Source: a virus (taxonomy: Duplodnaviria > Caudoviricetes). Taken from it: a DNA stretch of 64,000 nt. Below are positions 42,199 to 50,285 of this stretch, one piece after another. The notes under the pieces are model-generated. The model did no database searches and was not told the origin of the DNA. It worked only from the letters and a program-made list of their open reading frames with translations. Every line of letters begins with the position of its first letter. Position 1 is the first letter of the stretch. Where the stretch lies: the IMG/VR virus record IMGVR_UViG_3300031784_000002; one strand, 5' to 3'. A program made the translations under genes and the position numbers.

Positions 42199-42296
42199 TG
42201 GCTAACTCAGATAAAAATATTCTAATAACTCCCAATAAAAATGCCTCTGGTATTCCAGAAATTGCTCTGACTGGTTTTGGCAATTCTACAATTTCA
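42189..42296 (+). repeat. 108-bp perfect direct repeat, arm R copy 2
   Basis: Identical to 39617-39724, offset 2572 bp. Confidence 0.95.
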
Positions 42297-43277
42297 ATAA
42301 GAGTACCAGATGACACAACAGGAACTCTTTCTTTTGAAAATTCCGGTAGAAGATTATTTTCAATAGATACCAACTTAAGTTCGGGAGAATTGTTTAAAGT
42401 TGTAAATAATACTTCCCAAGCACCAGTATTCAATGTTAATTCTAATGGAAATTTAATTTTATCGCCAAAATTAGGGACAACAAATATTAGTGGAAATGGA
42501 ATAACACTTCCATCTTATAGTAGCAATTCATTACCGGATGGAGAAGAAGGACTTTTAATATATGATAGAACACTAAAAATTGTACGTATATATTCAGATA
42601 ATAAATGGGTAAATTTGGGAAATCCACCAATTGTAACTAGTGGATTGGCCCTTAGATTGGATGCAAGTGATATTCGTTCATATCCCGGAAATGGTTCAAT
42701 ATGGTATGATCTAAGTGGATATAATAACAACTGCAATTGGAGCAGCACACCTTCATTTGATCATAGGGGATTTTTTAGATTCAATGGATCAAGTCATGCA
42801 GGAGTTATTACCAATAATGGAAGTTTGAATACCAATTATGAACAAACTTTAATAATGGTACTGAAACATAATTATAACTCAGGAAGAAGAAATCCATGGA
42901 ACCAAGCATACGCTGGTTTTGGAACTTGGACTCATGAACAGGGGGAAAATATTAGTTGGTATTTTGGTGATGGTGGCGGAGATAATAGTCCATACTTGGG
43001 ATATAGTAGCCCATCAACACCCCGAAATAGATGGAACATTCTTGCTACTGTTAGAAATATTTCAAATTATCAGTGGTATTATGATGGAATTTCTACCGGT
43101 GTTTCTTCAAATCCTTATGCAGTTTTAACAGATAGTAGCGCAAATATTACAATAGGAAATGGATATGCTGGATATTGGCAAGGTGACATGGGAATGGTTC
43201 TTATGTACAGAAGAGCTTTGACTACTGACGAAATTCTCCAGACTTATAATGTCATAAGACTTCGTTATCCGATATAA
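42198..43277 (+). CDS. Cassette 2 gene B: MANSDK domain plus LamG-like domain
   Basis: The first 33 aa are identical to gene B1. SGLALRLDASDIRSYPGNGSIWYDLSG...MYRRALTTDEI. Confidence 0.75.
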   Translation: MANSDKNILITPNKNASGIPEIALTGFGNSTISIRVPDDTTGTLSFENSGRRLFSIDTNLSSGELFKVVNNTSQAPVFNVNSNGNLILSPKLGTTNISGNGITLPSYSSNSLPDGEEGLLIYDRTLKIVRIYSDNKWVNLGNPPIVTSGLALRLDASDIRSYPGNGSIWYDLSGYNNNCNWSSTPSFDHRGFFRFNGSSHAGVITNNGSLNTNYEQTLIMVLKHNYNSGRRNPWNQAYAGFGTWTHEQGENISWYFGDGGGDNSPYLGYSSPSTPRNRWNILATVRNISNYQWYYDGISTGVSSNPYAVLTDSSANITIGNGYAGYWQGDMGMVLMYRRALTTDEILQTYNVIRLRYPI

Positions 43278-43280
43278 ATA
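43273..43280 (+). promoter_or_regulatory. Late promoter TATAAATA for cassette 3
   Basis: Exact consensus overlapping the stop of cassette 2 gene B. Confidence 0.8.
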
Positions 43281-43309
43281 TAAAAAAAGATGATTTTACA
43301 ATAATATAA

Positions 43310-44890
43310 ATGGCAATAAGTATTGGCCAAACTTCTATTACTCCAACTAATGCAGATCTTCTTTTTTACTTAGATCCTGCGATTAGTTATAATTACACTT
43401 TATCTGACGTTGAAGTTCTCGTAGTCGCTGGAGGCGGCGGAGGAGGCGGCTGGGGAGGAGGAGGAGGCGGTGGGGGTGTAGTTTATAATAGATTGTATCC
43501 GGTGACTCCTGGTACTGGAATTAATATTTCTATTGGAAATGGAGGAAGTCCAGGAACTAACGCATATACCTCCGGTGGAGATGGAGAAAGTTCAGTTTTT
43601 GGTACTATTACTGCAATAGGTGGAGGAGGCGGCGGACATTATAATGGGAATAATGGTAGAGCTGGTGGATCCGGAGGAGGCGGCGGTGGAGCCTCAAATG
43701 CAACTTATGGATTCGTGACCACTGGTGGCTCTGGTACTCCGAGACAAGGAAATAATGGAGGTAGAGGTGGTGGGCTCCCTGACGGTTCAATCTATAATCC
43801 AGGTGGAGGTGGAGGTGGAGCTGGAGAACGTGGATATGATTTTGATATTAATCTTAGACTGGGTGGAAAGGGTGGAGATGGACTGCCATTTAATATTTCT
43901 GGAAGATTAAAATATTATGGCGGCGGTGGAGGAGGCCATACAGATGGTAGAGGTGGAACCAACTCAACTTCTTTTGGAGGAAAAGGTGGTGGAGGTCGTG
44001 GAGGAAATTATGGCATTCCACGAAGAGGATTAGATGGTGCTCCAAATACTGGAGGTGGGGGAGGGGGATCTTATGGAACCTCATCCGGATATGAGTGTGG
44101 TGCTGGTGGTTCTGGAGTAGTCATCATTCGTTATCCAGGATTACAAAAAGCATCAGGTGGAAACACTATCACTCAGGTTGATGGTTATACTATTCACACG
44201 TTTACTTCGGGTGGAACTTTTACTCCAAATACAGCACCAACAAATGGAGGTGGTTTGAATGGACTTCAAGATTTGGGTCCAAATGGATATAATTTCTATC
44301 AAGTCAATACACCAACTTATAATACAAGTAGATCTGGAACAATTGATTTCAACGGAACTAGTGCATACTTGGAATCCGTTTTACCAACAAGATATAGTGC
44401 AGCATCCGTTTATACTATTAATATGTGGTTTAAAATTAATGGTGCCCCTAGTGGTGCAAGTGGAAATCAGGCCAATTTCTTGATAGATTTAGATGTTACT
44501 GGTGGATCTTTCAATGGATTGATAGTTGATTGGCAGCCATACTTGTCAGGAAGTTCGCAAATGAGATTTGCATATGCAACTAGACCATCTAGTGGTGGAT
44601 CTTATACACCTCTACTAGGATCAGTTTTAACTCAGGGGGTATGGTATAATGGTTGTGTTGTAAAAAATGGAACTACAGAAACCAGACTATATTTAAATGG
44701 ATCTTTAGAATCTACATATTCTGGCAATATGCCTTCTTGGGGCACAAATACTGTCCGAATAGCTAGATGGACTGATGGAACAGTATATTCCAATTGTTCT
44801 GTTGGTGTAGTTTGGGTTCAAAATAAAGCCTTAACTGCTTCTGAAGTTTTGCAAAACTTTAATGCACTTAAAGGGAGGTATCAAGTCTGA
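43310..44890 (+). CDS. Cassette 3 gene A: glycine-rich domain plus LamG-like domain
   Basis: DLLFYLDPAISYNY, EVLVVAGGGGG..., TIHTFTSGGTF, C-terminal NKALTASEVLQNFNALKGRYQV. Confidence 0.75.
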   Translation: MAISIGQTSITPTNADLLFYLDPAISYNYTLSDVEVLVVAGGGGGGGWGGGGGGGGVVYNRLYPVTPGTGINISIGNGGSPGTNAYTSGGDGESSVFGTITAIGGGGGGHYNGNNGRAGGSGGGGGGASNATYGFVTTGGSGTPRQGNNGGRGGGLPDGSIYNPGGGGGGAGERGYDFDINLRLGGKGGDGLPFNISGRLKYYGGGGGGHTDGRGGTNSTSFGGKGGGGRGGNYGIPRRGLDGAPNTGGGGGGSYGTSSGYECGAGGSGVVIIRYPGLQKASGGNTITQVDGYTIHTFTSGGTFTPNTAPTNGGGLNGLQDLGPNGYNFYQVNTPTYNTSRSGTIDFNGTSAYLESVLPTRYSAASVYTINMWFKINGAPSGASGNQANFLIDLDVTGGSFNGLIVDWQPYLSGSSQMRFAYATRPSSGGSYTPLLGSVLTQGVWYNGCVVKNGTTETRLYLNGSLESTYSGNMPSWGTNTVRIARWTDGTVYSNCSVGVVWVQNKALTASEVLQNFNALKGRYQV

Positions 44891-46044
44891 TGGCTAATTC
44901 TGATAAAGATATTTTAATAACGCCTAATAAAAATGTTTCTGGGTTACCAGAAATAAGATTTACTGGATTTGGTAATTCAAGTCTCTCTCTTGTAGTTGCA
45001 GATGATAATACTGGAAAGATAAACTTTGTAAGTTCTGGTGCAACTGCTTTTTCAATTGATACCAATGTAAATAATGGAGTATTACTTAACGTTGCTGACA
45101 GAAATTCAGTACCACTTTTAGAAATTTCCGACACAAATTCTTTACTTGGATATGAATTGGGTACTGTTTCCGTGGAAGGTGATGGAATAGTATTACCTTC
45201 TTATGGAACAACTGCATTACCAATAGGAACTCCAGAAGGAACTATTGTTTATGATGATAACCATCAAGTAGCAAAAGTATATAATGGCACTGTTTGGACA
45301 CCAATTGGTGGCAGAAAAAATGGATTAACTGCTGATACCGCGGCAGAATCAACAGAACAATTAATCACAGATTATCCGGATTCTCCAACTGGTTTTTATT
45401 GGATTCTCGTTGATAGAATCCCACAACTATTTTGGGTTGACATGGTTTATGAGGGTGGAGGATGGATTCTTGTATTAAATAATAGAATTAATACAAATGG
45501 AATGACAGGATTGAATTATCAATCAGCAACTACTAGAGTAATTAATTATAGAGGAAATTATTATTCAGCAACAGGAAATAATCCTACAAACTTTAATCTT
45601 TGGGTTGGATTAGATGCATGGGTAAAATTAGCTAATGCCAACTTTAGTACATCAAATAGAGTTGTTGAATTTGTTGCCTCTGCATATCAACCCCTTGGGG
45701 CAGTTCATCAACATACAAAAAGGGCTAGTTGGGATTGGAGTGGTTGGGGTGGTGCTTACGCTTGGCAAGGTCTTGCAAATACTTATTTAGAGTTGGGTGG
45801 ATCTCTACCAGGATTATACTCATATCACGCAGCAAATGGATATAATTTAACTACTTTTGATGTAGACCAAGATGTAGCTGGTAACAATTGTTCTACTGCT
45901 TATTTTAATCAACCGAATTGGTATGGTGCATGTTGGTCTGGTAGTCCTTTTGGGGGAGGTGGTTCCGGCAGTCATGCTGATGCTTGGTTCTGGGATAGTT
46001 CTACTAGCGACTATCACAATTATGGTGCTTTATACGTTAGGTAA
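44890..46044 (+). CDS. Cassette 3 gene B: MANSDK domain plus fibrinogen-like C-terminal domain
   Basis: MANSDKDILITPNK...; then GFYWI...LFWVDMVYEGGGWILV, TTFDVDQD...NC and WYGACW, which resemble fibrinogen C-terminal domain motifs. Confidence 0.65.
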   Translation: MANSDKDILITPNKNVSGLPEIRFTGFGNSSLSLVVADDNTGKINFVSSGATAFSIDTNVNNGVLLNVADRNSVPLLEISDTNSLLGYELGTVSVEGDGIVLPSYGTTALPIGTPEGTIVYDDNHQVAKVYNGTVWTPIGGRKNGLTADTAAESTEQLITDYPDSPTGFYWILVDRIPQLFWVDMVYEGGGWILVLNNRINTNGMTGLNYQSATTRVINYRGNYYSATGNNPTNFNLWVGLDAWVKLANANFSTSNRVVEFVASAYQPLGAVHQHTKRASWDWSGWGGAYAWQGLANTYLELGGSLPGLYSYHAANGYNLTTFDVDQDVAGNNCSTAYFNQPNWYGACWSGSPFGGGGSGSHADAWFWDSSTSDYHNYGALYVR

Positions 46045-46049
46045 AATTT

Positions 46050-46451
46050 ATGGAACCAATTAAAAGGAAATCAAACAAATTAAATATTTTAAAGTCTGAG
46101 GATGTATATAAATTAGTTTGGATAAATGATGACGAAATTATTTTTTCAGAAAAATATATTATTTCTTTTGATTCTGAAAATAATCCAACTAATTTCAATC
46201 TAACAGAAATCATTGAACATAAAAAACATTGTTGTTTAGATATTGATGACGAAAATTTTCAAGTAATTGAAGAAGAAAATTTTAGTTTTATTATTGGTGT
46301 AAATGATGCAATTAATGATTTGCGACCTGGATCAAAATATCAGTTAAACGGTAAAACATTTACTTATTGGGAACATGATTCTCAACCACCGTCTTGGGAA
46401 GAAATTTCTTTACACATAAAAAAAATGCAGAGGGATTTGGATTCAAACTAG
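46050..46451 (+). CDS. Small hypothetical protein, C-terminus resembling XkdW-type tail fibre chaperones
   Basis: DAINDLRPGSKY...W....QPPSWEEI pattern, and it ends the fibre cluster. Confidence 0.5.
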   Translation: MEPIKRKSNKLNILKSEDVYKLVWINDDEIIFSEKYIISFDSENNPTNFNLTEIIEHKKHCCLDIDDENFQVIEEENFSFIIGVNDAINDLRPGSKYQLNGKTFTYWEHDSQPPSWEEISLHIKKMQRDLDSN

Positions 46452-46470
46452 TTAAATTTAAAGTTTAATT

Positions 46471-46478
46471 TATAAATA
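46471..46478 (+). promoter_or_regulatory. Late promoter TATAAATA for gp13
   Basis: Exact consensus, 28 nt before the gp13 ATG. Confidence 0.85.
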
Positions 46479-46505
46479 CCTCTAGAAGACTAGGGGTATT
46501 TTTTT
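46474..46505 (+). terminator. 12-bp hairpin plus U tract overlapping the late promoter and the gp13 ribosome-binding region
   Basis: AAATACCTCTAG-AAGA-CTAGGGGTATTT followed by TTTT and then ATG. Confidence 0.7.
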
Positions 46506-47336
46506 ATGGCGCAACCATCTAGTAGGGCGGAGTTGAAAGAATACTGCCTTAAGCAACTAGGAAAGCCAGTTTTAGAAATAAACGTAGATGATGATCAGAT
46601 TGATAATCTGATTGATGATGCGATTCAGTATTTCCATGAGAGGCATTATGATGGTATTGATCGTATATTCCTGAAGCACAAACTTACTCCTTCAACCAAA
46701 ACAACTTTAGCTCAACCAGGTCCAGTTGGAAGTGCAACTACTTCTCCAGTAGTTGTTGGTTCTGGGTTAACTTCTGCCACTTATGTTGAAGGAGTTAATT
46801 ATCTTCCTCTCCCAGACTCTATTATCGGCGTAAATAATATTCTGAAAATTAATTCAAGTACCGTATCTGATGGTCTTTTTAATATCAAATATCAATTATT
46901 TTTAAATGATGTTTACTATTATGGTGCATTAGATCTTCTCAACTATGCAATGGTTAAGAGATATCTTGAGGATTTGGATTTTCTTTTAAACCCTAATGCA
47001 CAAATTCGTTTTAACAAATTAAATCATAAATTATACTTAGATATAGACTGGCAACAAGTTGGTGAAAATGAATATGTAATTATTGATTGTTATAGAATTG
47101 TAGACCCATCGGATGCTCCCAAACTTTATAATGATTGGTGGTTAAAAAAATACCTCACTGCATTAATCAAGAAACAGTGGGGACAAAACATGATTAAATT
47201 TAATGGTGTTTTACTTCCTGGAGGAGTTCAACTCAATGGAAGACAAATCTATGATGATGGAGTTGCAGAAGTAGAGAAACTTGAACAACAACTTAAGGAT
47301 GAGTACGAATTACCACCACTTGATCTCATAGGTTGA
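46506..47336 (+). CDS. gp13: Neck protein gp13
   Basis: SRAELKEYCLKQLGKPVLEINVDDDQIDNLIDDAIQYF and KKQWGQNMIKFNGVLLPGGVQLNG motifs. Confidence 0.95.
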   Translation: MAQPSSRAELKEYCLKQLGKPVLEINVDDDQIDNLIDDAIQYFHERHYDGIDRIFLKHKLTPSTKTTLAQPGPVGSATTSPVVVGSGLTSATYVEGVNYLPLPDSIIGVNNILKINSSTVSDGLFNIKYQLFLNDVYYYGALDLLNYAMVKRYLEDLDFLLNPNAQIRFNKLNHKLYLDIDWQQVGENEYVIIDCYRIVDPSDAPKLYNDWWLKKYLTALIKKQWGQNMIKFNGVLLPGGVQLNGRQIYDDGVAEVEKLEQQLKDEYELPPLDLIG

Positions 47337-47337
47337 T

Positions 47338-48768
47338 ATGTCACCACTCAATTCTTATTTTTTACAAGGATCTCCGAGTGAGCAAAGACTTATTCAAGAT
47401 CTAATCAACGAACAACTTAAGATGTATGGACAAGATGTTCTATACATGCCAAGAAGAATTATTGGTGAAAATACAGTCATTAAAGAAGTCACTGCTTCAA
47501 AATTTGATGATAGTTTTCGTATTGAAGCCTATCTAATGAACTTTGAAGGTTTCAGTGGGAACGGAGATATTCTTAGTAAGTTTGGAGTCAGAAGTAATGA
47601 TGAAATTAATCTCGTAATCTCCAAAGAAAGATATGATGATTTTATTTCTCCTTTGTTGAAATTATGGCCAGAAACTGAAAGAAAACTTGCATATAGACCA
47701 CAAGAAGGAGATTTAATTTGGTTTCCTCTTGACGAGTCTTTATTTGAAATCAAGTATGTTGAAGGTAAAAAACCTTTCTATCAACTTAATAATCTTTATG
47801 TCTATGAGTTAAGATGTGAGAGATTTGAATATGAAGATGAGATTATTGATGTTCCAGAGGTTGATCCAACGGGTATTGAAGTCAACGAATCAATCAAAGA
47901 TCTTGGAAACATTTATACTATTCAAATGGTTGGAACTGGAGCTACAACTGCAGTTGCAACTGTAGGTTTTGCTACTACTAATCCAAATTCCAAGTCTGTT
48001 CAGTATGTTGATCTTATCAATGACGGATATGGATATACTTCCGCTCCTGTAGTTTCAATCTCTACTGCTCCGGCCGGAGGACTAACTGCAACTGCTGTTG
48101 CAATTATGACAAGTAGATCATCAAATCAGAAACTATCAATTGATAAAATTCTCATTACAAATCCAGGATTTGGATATACTGAACCACCAGTTATCATGAT
48201 TTCTGGTGGAGGTGGTGCTGGAGGTATCGCTACCGCAGTTATTAATAATAGAGTTCTTGGAATTGTTGGGTTATCTTCCGGTGGAGTTGGATATACTACT
48301 ACTCCACAAGTTACGATTCAAAGAATATTCATTCCTTCTGGTGCAGGCATTTCTTCAAACATCAACAATGCTCAAGCAGAAGCTGTAATCAATTCAAATG
48401 GAGTTGTTGTTGCGGTTCGTTATTCAAACGCTGGTGCTGGATACACATTTACTCCAACAATATCTTTCACAAATCCAACTGCAACCTCTTTCGGTGATTA
48501 CGATTATAACGAAGTTGTTACCGGAACAAGAACAGGTACAACTGGTTATGTAAGAAGTTGGGATGCTACAAATAGAGTTCTTAAGCTTTCTGTAGTTGAT
48601 GGAACTTTTGCAAGAGGTGAAGCGATTGTTGGTGTCGCAGCAAGTTACAAAGTATCTACGGTTCAGACAAATGAATTCTTAGACCTTTACGCAGAAAATA
48701 TTCAAATTGAAAATGCTGCTGATAATATTGTAGATTTCAGTCAGAGAAATCCATTTGGCGAATACTAA
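47338..48768 (+). CDS. gp14: Neck protein gp14 with an internal repeat insertion
   Basis: EQRLIQDLINEQLKMYGQDVLYMPR, SKFG and C-terminal DFSQRNPFGEY motifs. Confidence 0.92.
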   Translation: MSPLNSYFLQGSPSEQRLIQDLINEQLKMYGQDVLYMPRRIIGENTVIKEVTASKFDDSFRIEAYLMNFEGFSGNGDILSKFGVRSNDEINLVISKERYDDFISPLLKLWPETERKLAYRPQEGDLIWFPLDESLFEIKYVEGKKPFYQLNNLYVYELRCERFEYEDEIIDVPEVDPTGIEVNESIKDLGNIYTIQMVGTGATTAVATVGFATTNPNSKSVQYVDLINDGYGYTSAPVVSISTAPAGGLTATAVAIMTSRSSNQKLSIDKILITNPGFGYTEPPVIMISGGGGAGGIATAVINNRVLGIVGLSSGGVGYTTTPQVTIQRIFIPSGAGISSNINNAQAEAVINSNGVVVAVRYSNAGAGYTFTPTISFTNPTATSFGDYDYNEVVTGTRTGTTGYVRSWDATNRVLKLSVVDGTFARGEAIVGVAASYKVSTVQTNEFLDLYAENIQIENAADNIVDFSQRNPFGEY

Positions 48769-48771
48769 ATA
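48764..48771 (+). promoter_or_regulatory. Possible late promoter variant ACTAAATA
   Basis: Overlaps the gp14 stop, 25 nt before the gp15 start. Confidence 0.5.
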
Positions 48772-48795
48772 ATTATTACTCCAGAATAACTTGTA

Positions 48796-49848
48796 ATGAT
48801 ATCAAATTATTTTTATCACGAAATATTGAGAAAGACCATCGTATCTTTCGGTACTCTTTTTAATGATATTCAAATCAAACATAAAGATAATGCAGGCGAT
48901 GATTTTAGTATCTTAACTGTGCCGATTGCTTATGGTCCGGTTCAAAAGTTTTTAGCTAGAATCGAACAAGTTCCCGACCTAAAAAAGAGAGTAGCTATAA
49001 CTCTTCCAAGAATGTCATTTGAAATGACTGGTATTCAATATGATCCTTCTCGAAAGTCTTCGACAATGCAGACTTTTAAAACAGTTGATAAGACTAGTAA
49101 TAATGAATTAACACAGGTTTTTATGCCTGTTCCATATAATGTTAATATTCGTCTTTCAATTATGTCTAAATTGAATGAAGATGCTTTGCAAATTGTAGAA
49201 CAAATACTACCTTACTTTCAACCACATTTTAACTTAACAGTAGATCTCGTATCGAGTATTGGAGAAAAACGAGATATTCCAATGATTCTGGAGAGAATCA
49301 CAATGGATGATCAGTATGAGGGTGATTTTACTACAAGAAGGATTTTAATTTATACTCTAGATTTTACCGCAAAAACATACCTATTTGGTCCAGTTGGAAA
49401 TGGTAATGAGGCGTTAATCAAACAGGTTCAAGTCGATTATTACACAAATACAAATAGAGTTAATCCTTCAAGACAACTTAGATATGTTGCTGAACCAAGA
49501 GCAATTAAAGATTACAATAACGATGAAATTACTATAGTTTCAGAAAATATTTCTGAAAATGTCACTGAGTTTAATGTATCTGATGCAACTGGATTAATTG
49601 TAAATTCATACATTCAAATTGACAATGAATCCATGTTTATTCGTAGTATTAATGGAAATACTTTATTGGTAAATAGAGGTCAAGATAATACTGATATTAC
49701 AACTCACTCATCCGGAACTGCGGTTAATGTGATTAATAATGCAGATGATGAACTAATAGATATGGATGATGACTTTGGATTCAGTGAATATCGTTATGAT
49801 TTTGCTGACGGTAAGATTTATAGTACAACAAAAGGAATTGATGTATGA
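48796..49848 (+). CDS. gp15: Tail sheath stabilizer / head-tail joining protein gp15
   Basis: YFYHEILRKTIVSFGTLFN, VPIAYGPVQKFLARI, LPRMSFE and QILPYFQP motifs. Confidence 0.95.
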   Translation: MISNYFYHEILRKTIVSFGTLFNDIQIKHKDNAGDDFSILTVPIAYGPVQKFLARIEQVPDLKKRVAITLPRMSFEMTGIQYDPSRKSSTMQTFKTVDKTSNNELTQVFMPVPYNVNIRLSIMSKLNEDALQIVEQILPYFQPHFNLTVDLVSSIGEKRDIPMILERITMDDQYEGDFTTRRILIYTLDFTAKTYLFGPVGNGNEALIKQVQVDYYTNTNRVNPSRQLRYVAEPRAIKDYNNDEITIVSENISENVTEFNVSDATGLIVNSYIQIDNESMFIRSINGNTLLVNRGQDNTDITTHSSGTAVNVINNADDELIDMDDDFGFSEYRYDFADGKIYSTTKGIDV

Positions 49849-50261
49849 ATTTTGAAGACATTGATACAGCTTTAGATATTGAACCAACAGAAATTGTAAA
49901 GTCGGAACCAGTTCCAGTATTAAAACCACAGGAGACAGAACAACTTCAAAAAGATTATGAATATTCTAGAGGACAACTCTATTCTATTATTGAAAAGGGA
50001 CAAGAAGCAATTAATGGAATTCTAGAACTTGCACAAGAATCCGACTCCCCAAGAGCTTATGAAGTTGCTGGTCAATTGATCAAAAACGTTGGGGACGTTA
50101 CGGACAAGTTATTAGATCTTCAGAAGAAAATGAAGGATATTAACAAGGAGGAAAAAGGTGTGACTCCAACAAGTGTAACTAATAATGCCGTCTTTTTTGG
50201 TTCTACTGCGGAACTCCAAAAGTTTCTGAAGAGTTCCATGAATCAAGATACATCTAAATAA
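49845..50261 (+). CDS. gp16: Terminase small subunit gp16
   Basis: DYEYSRGQLYSIIEKGQEAI...PRAYEVAGQLIK...GSTAELQK motifs. Confidence 0.93.
   Translation: MNFEDIDTALDIEPTEIVKSEPVPVLKPQETEQLQKDYEYSRGQLYSIIEKGQEAINGILELAQESDSPRAYEVAGQLIKNVGDVTDKLLDLQKKMKDINKEEKGVTPTSVTNNAVFFGSTAELQKFLKSSMNQDTSK
50253..50260 (+). promoter_or_regulatory. Possible late promoter variant TCTAAATA
   Basis: Overlaps the gp16 stop, 26 nt before the next ATG. Confidence 0.5.
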
Positions 50262-50285
50262 TAGATAGACTACCAAAATAGATAA

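Noticed and set aside
38919-42296. CRISPR-like or invertible (shufflon) repeats
   Set aside because: There are only two copies of each repeat. They are in direct orientation, 81-108 bp long and coding, with no spacers, inverted sites or recombinase gene.
38181-46044. Diversity-generating retroelement (Mtd-type N-terminus nearby, lectin targets, repeats)
   Set aside because: There is no reverse transcriptase in the window. The repeats are either perfectly identical or broadly divergent, with no adenine-specific TR/VR mismatch pattern. A distant DGR elsewhere in the genome cannot be excluded.
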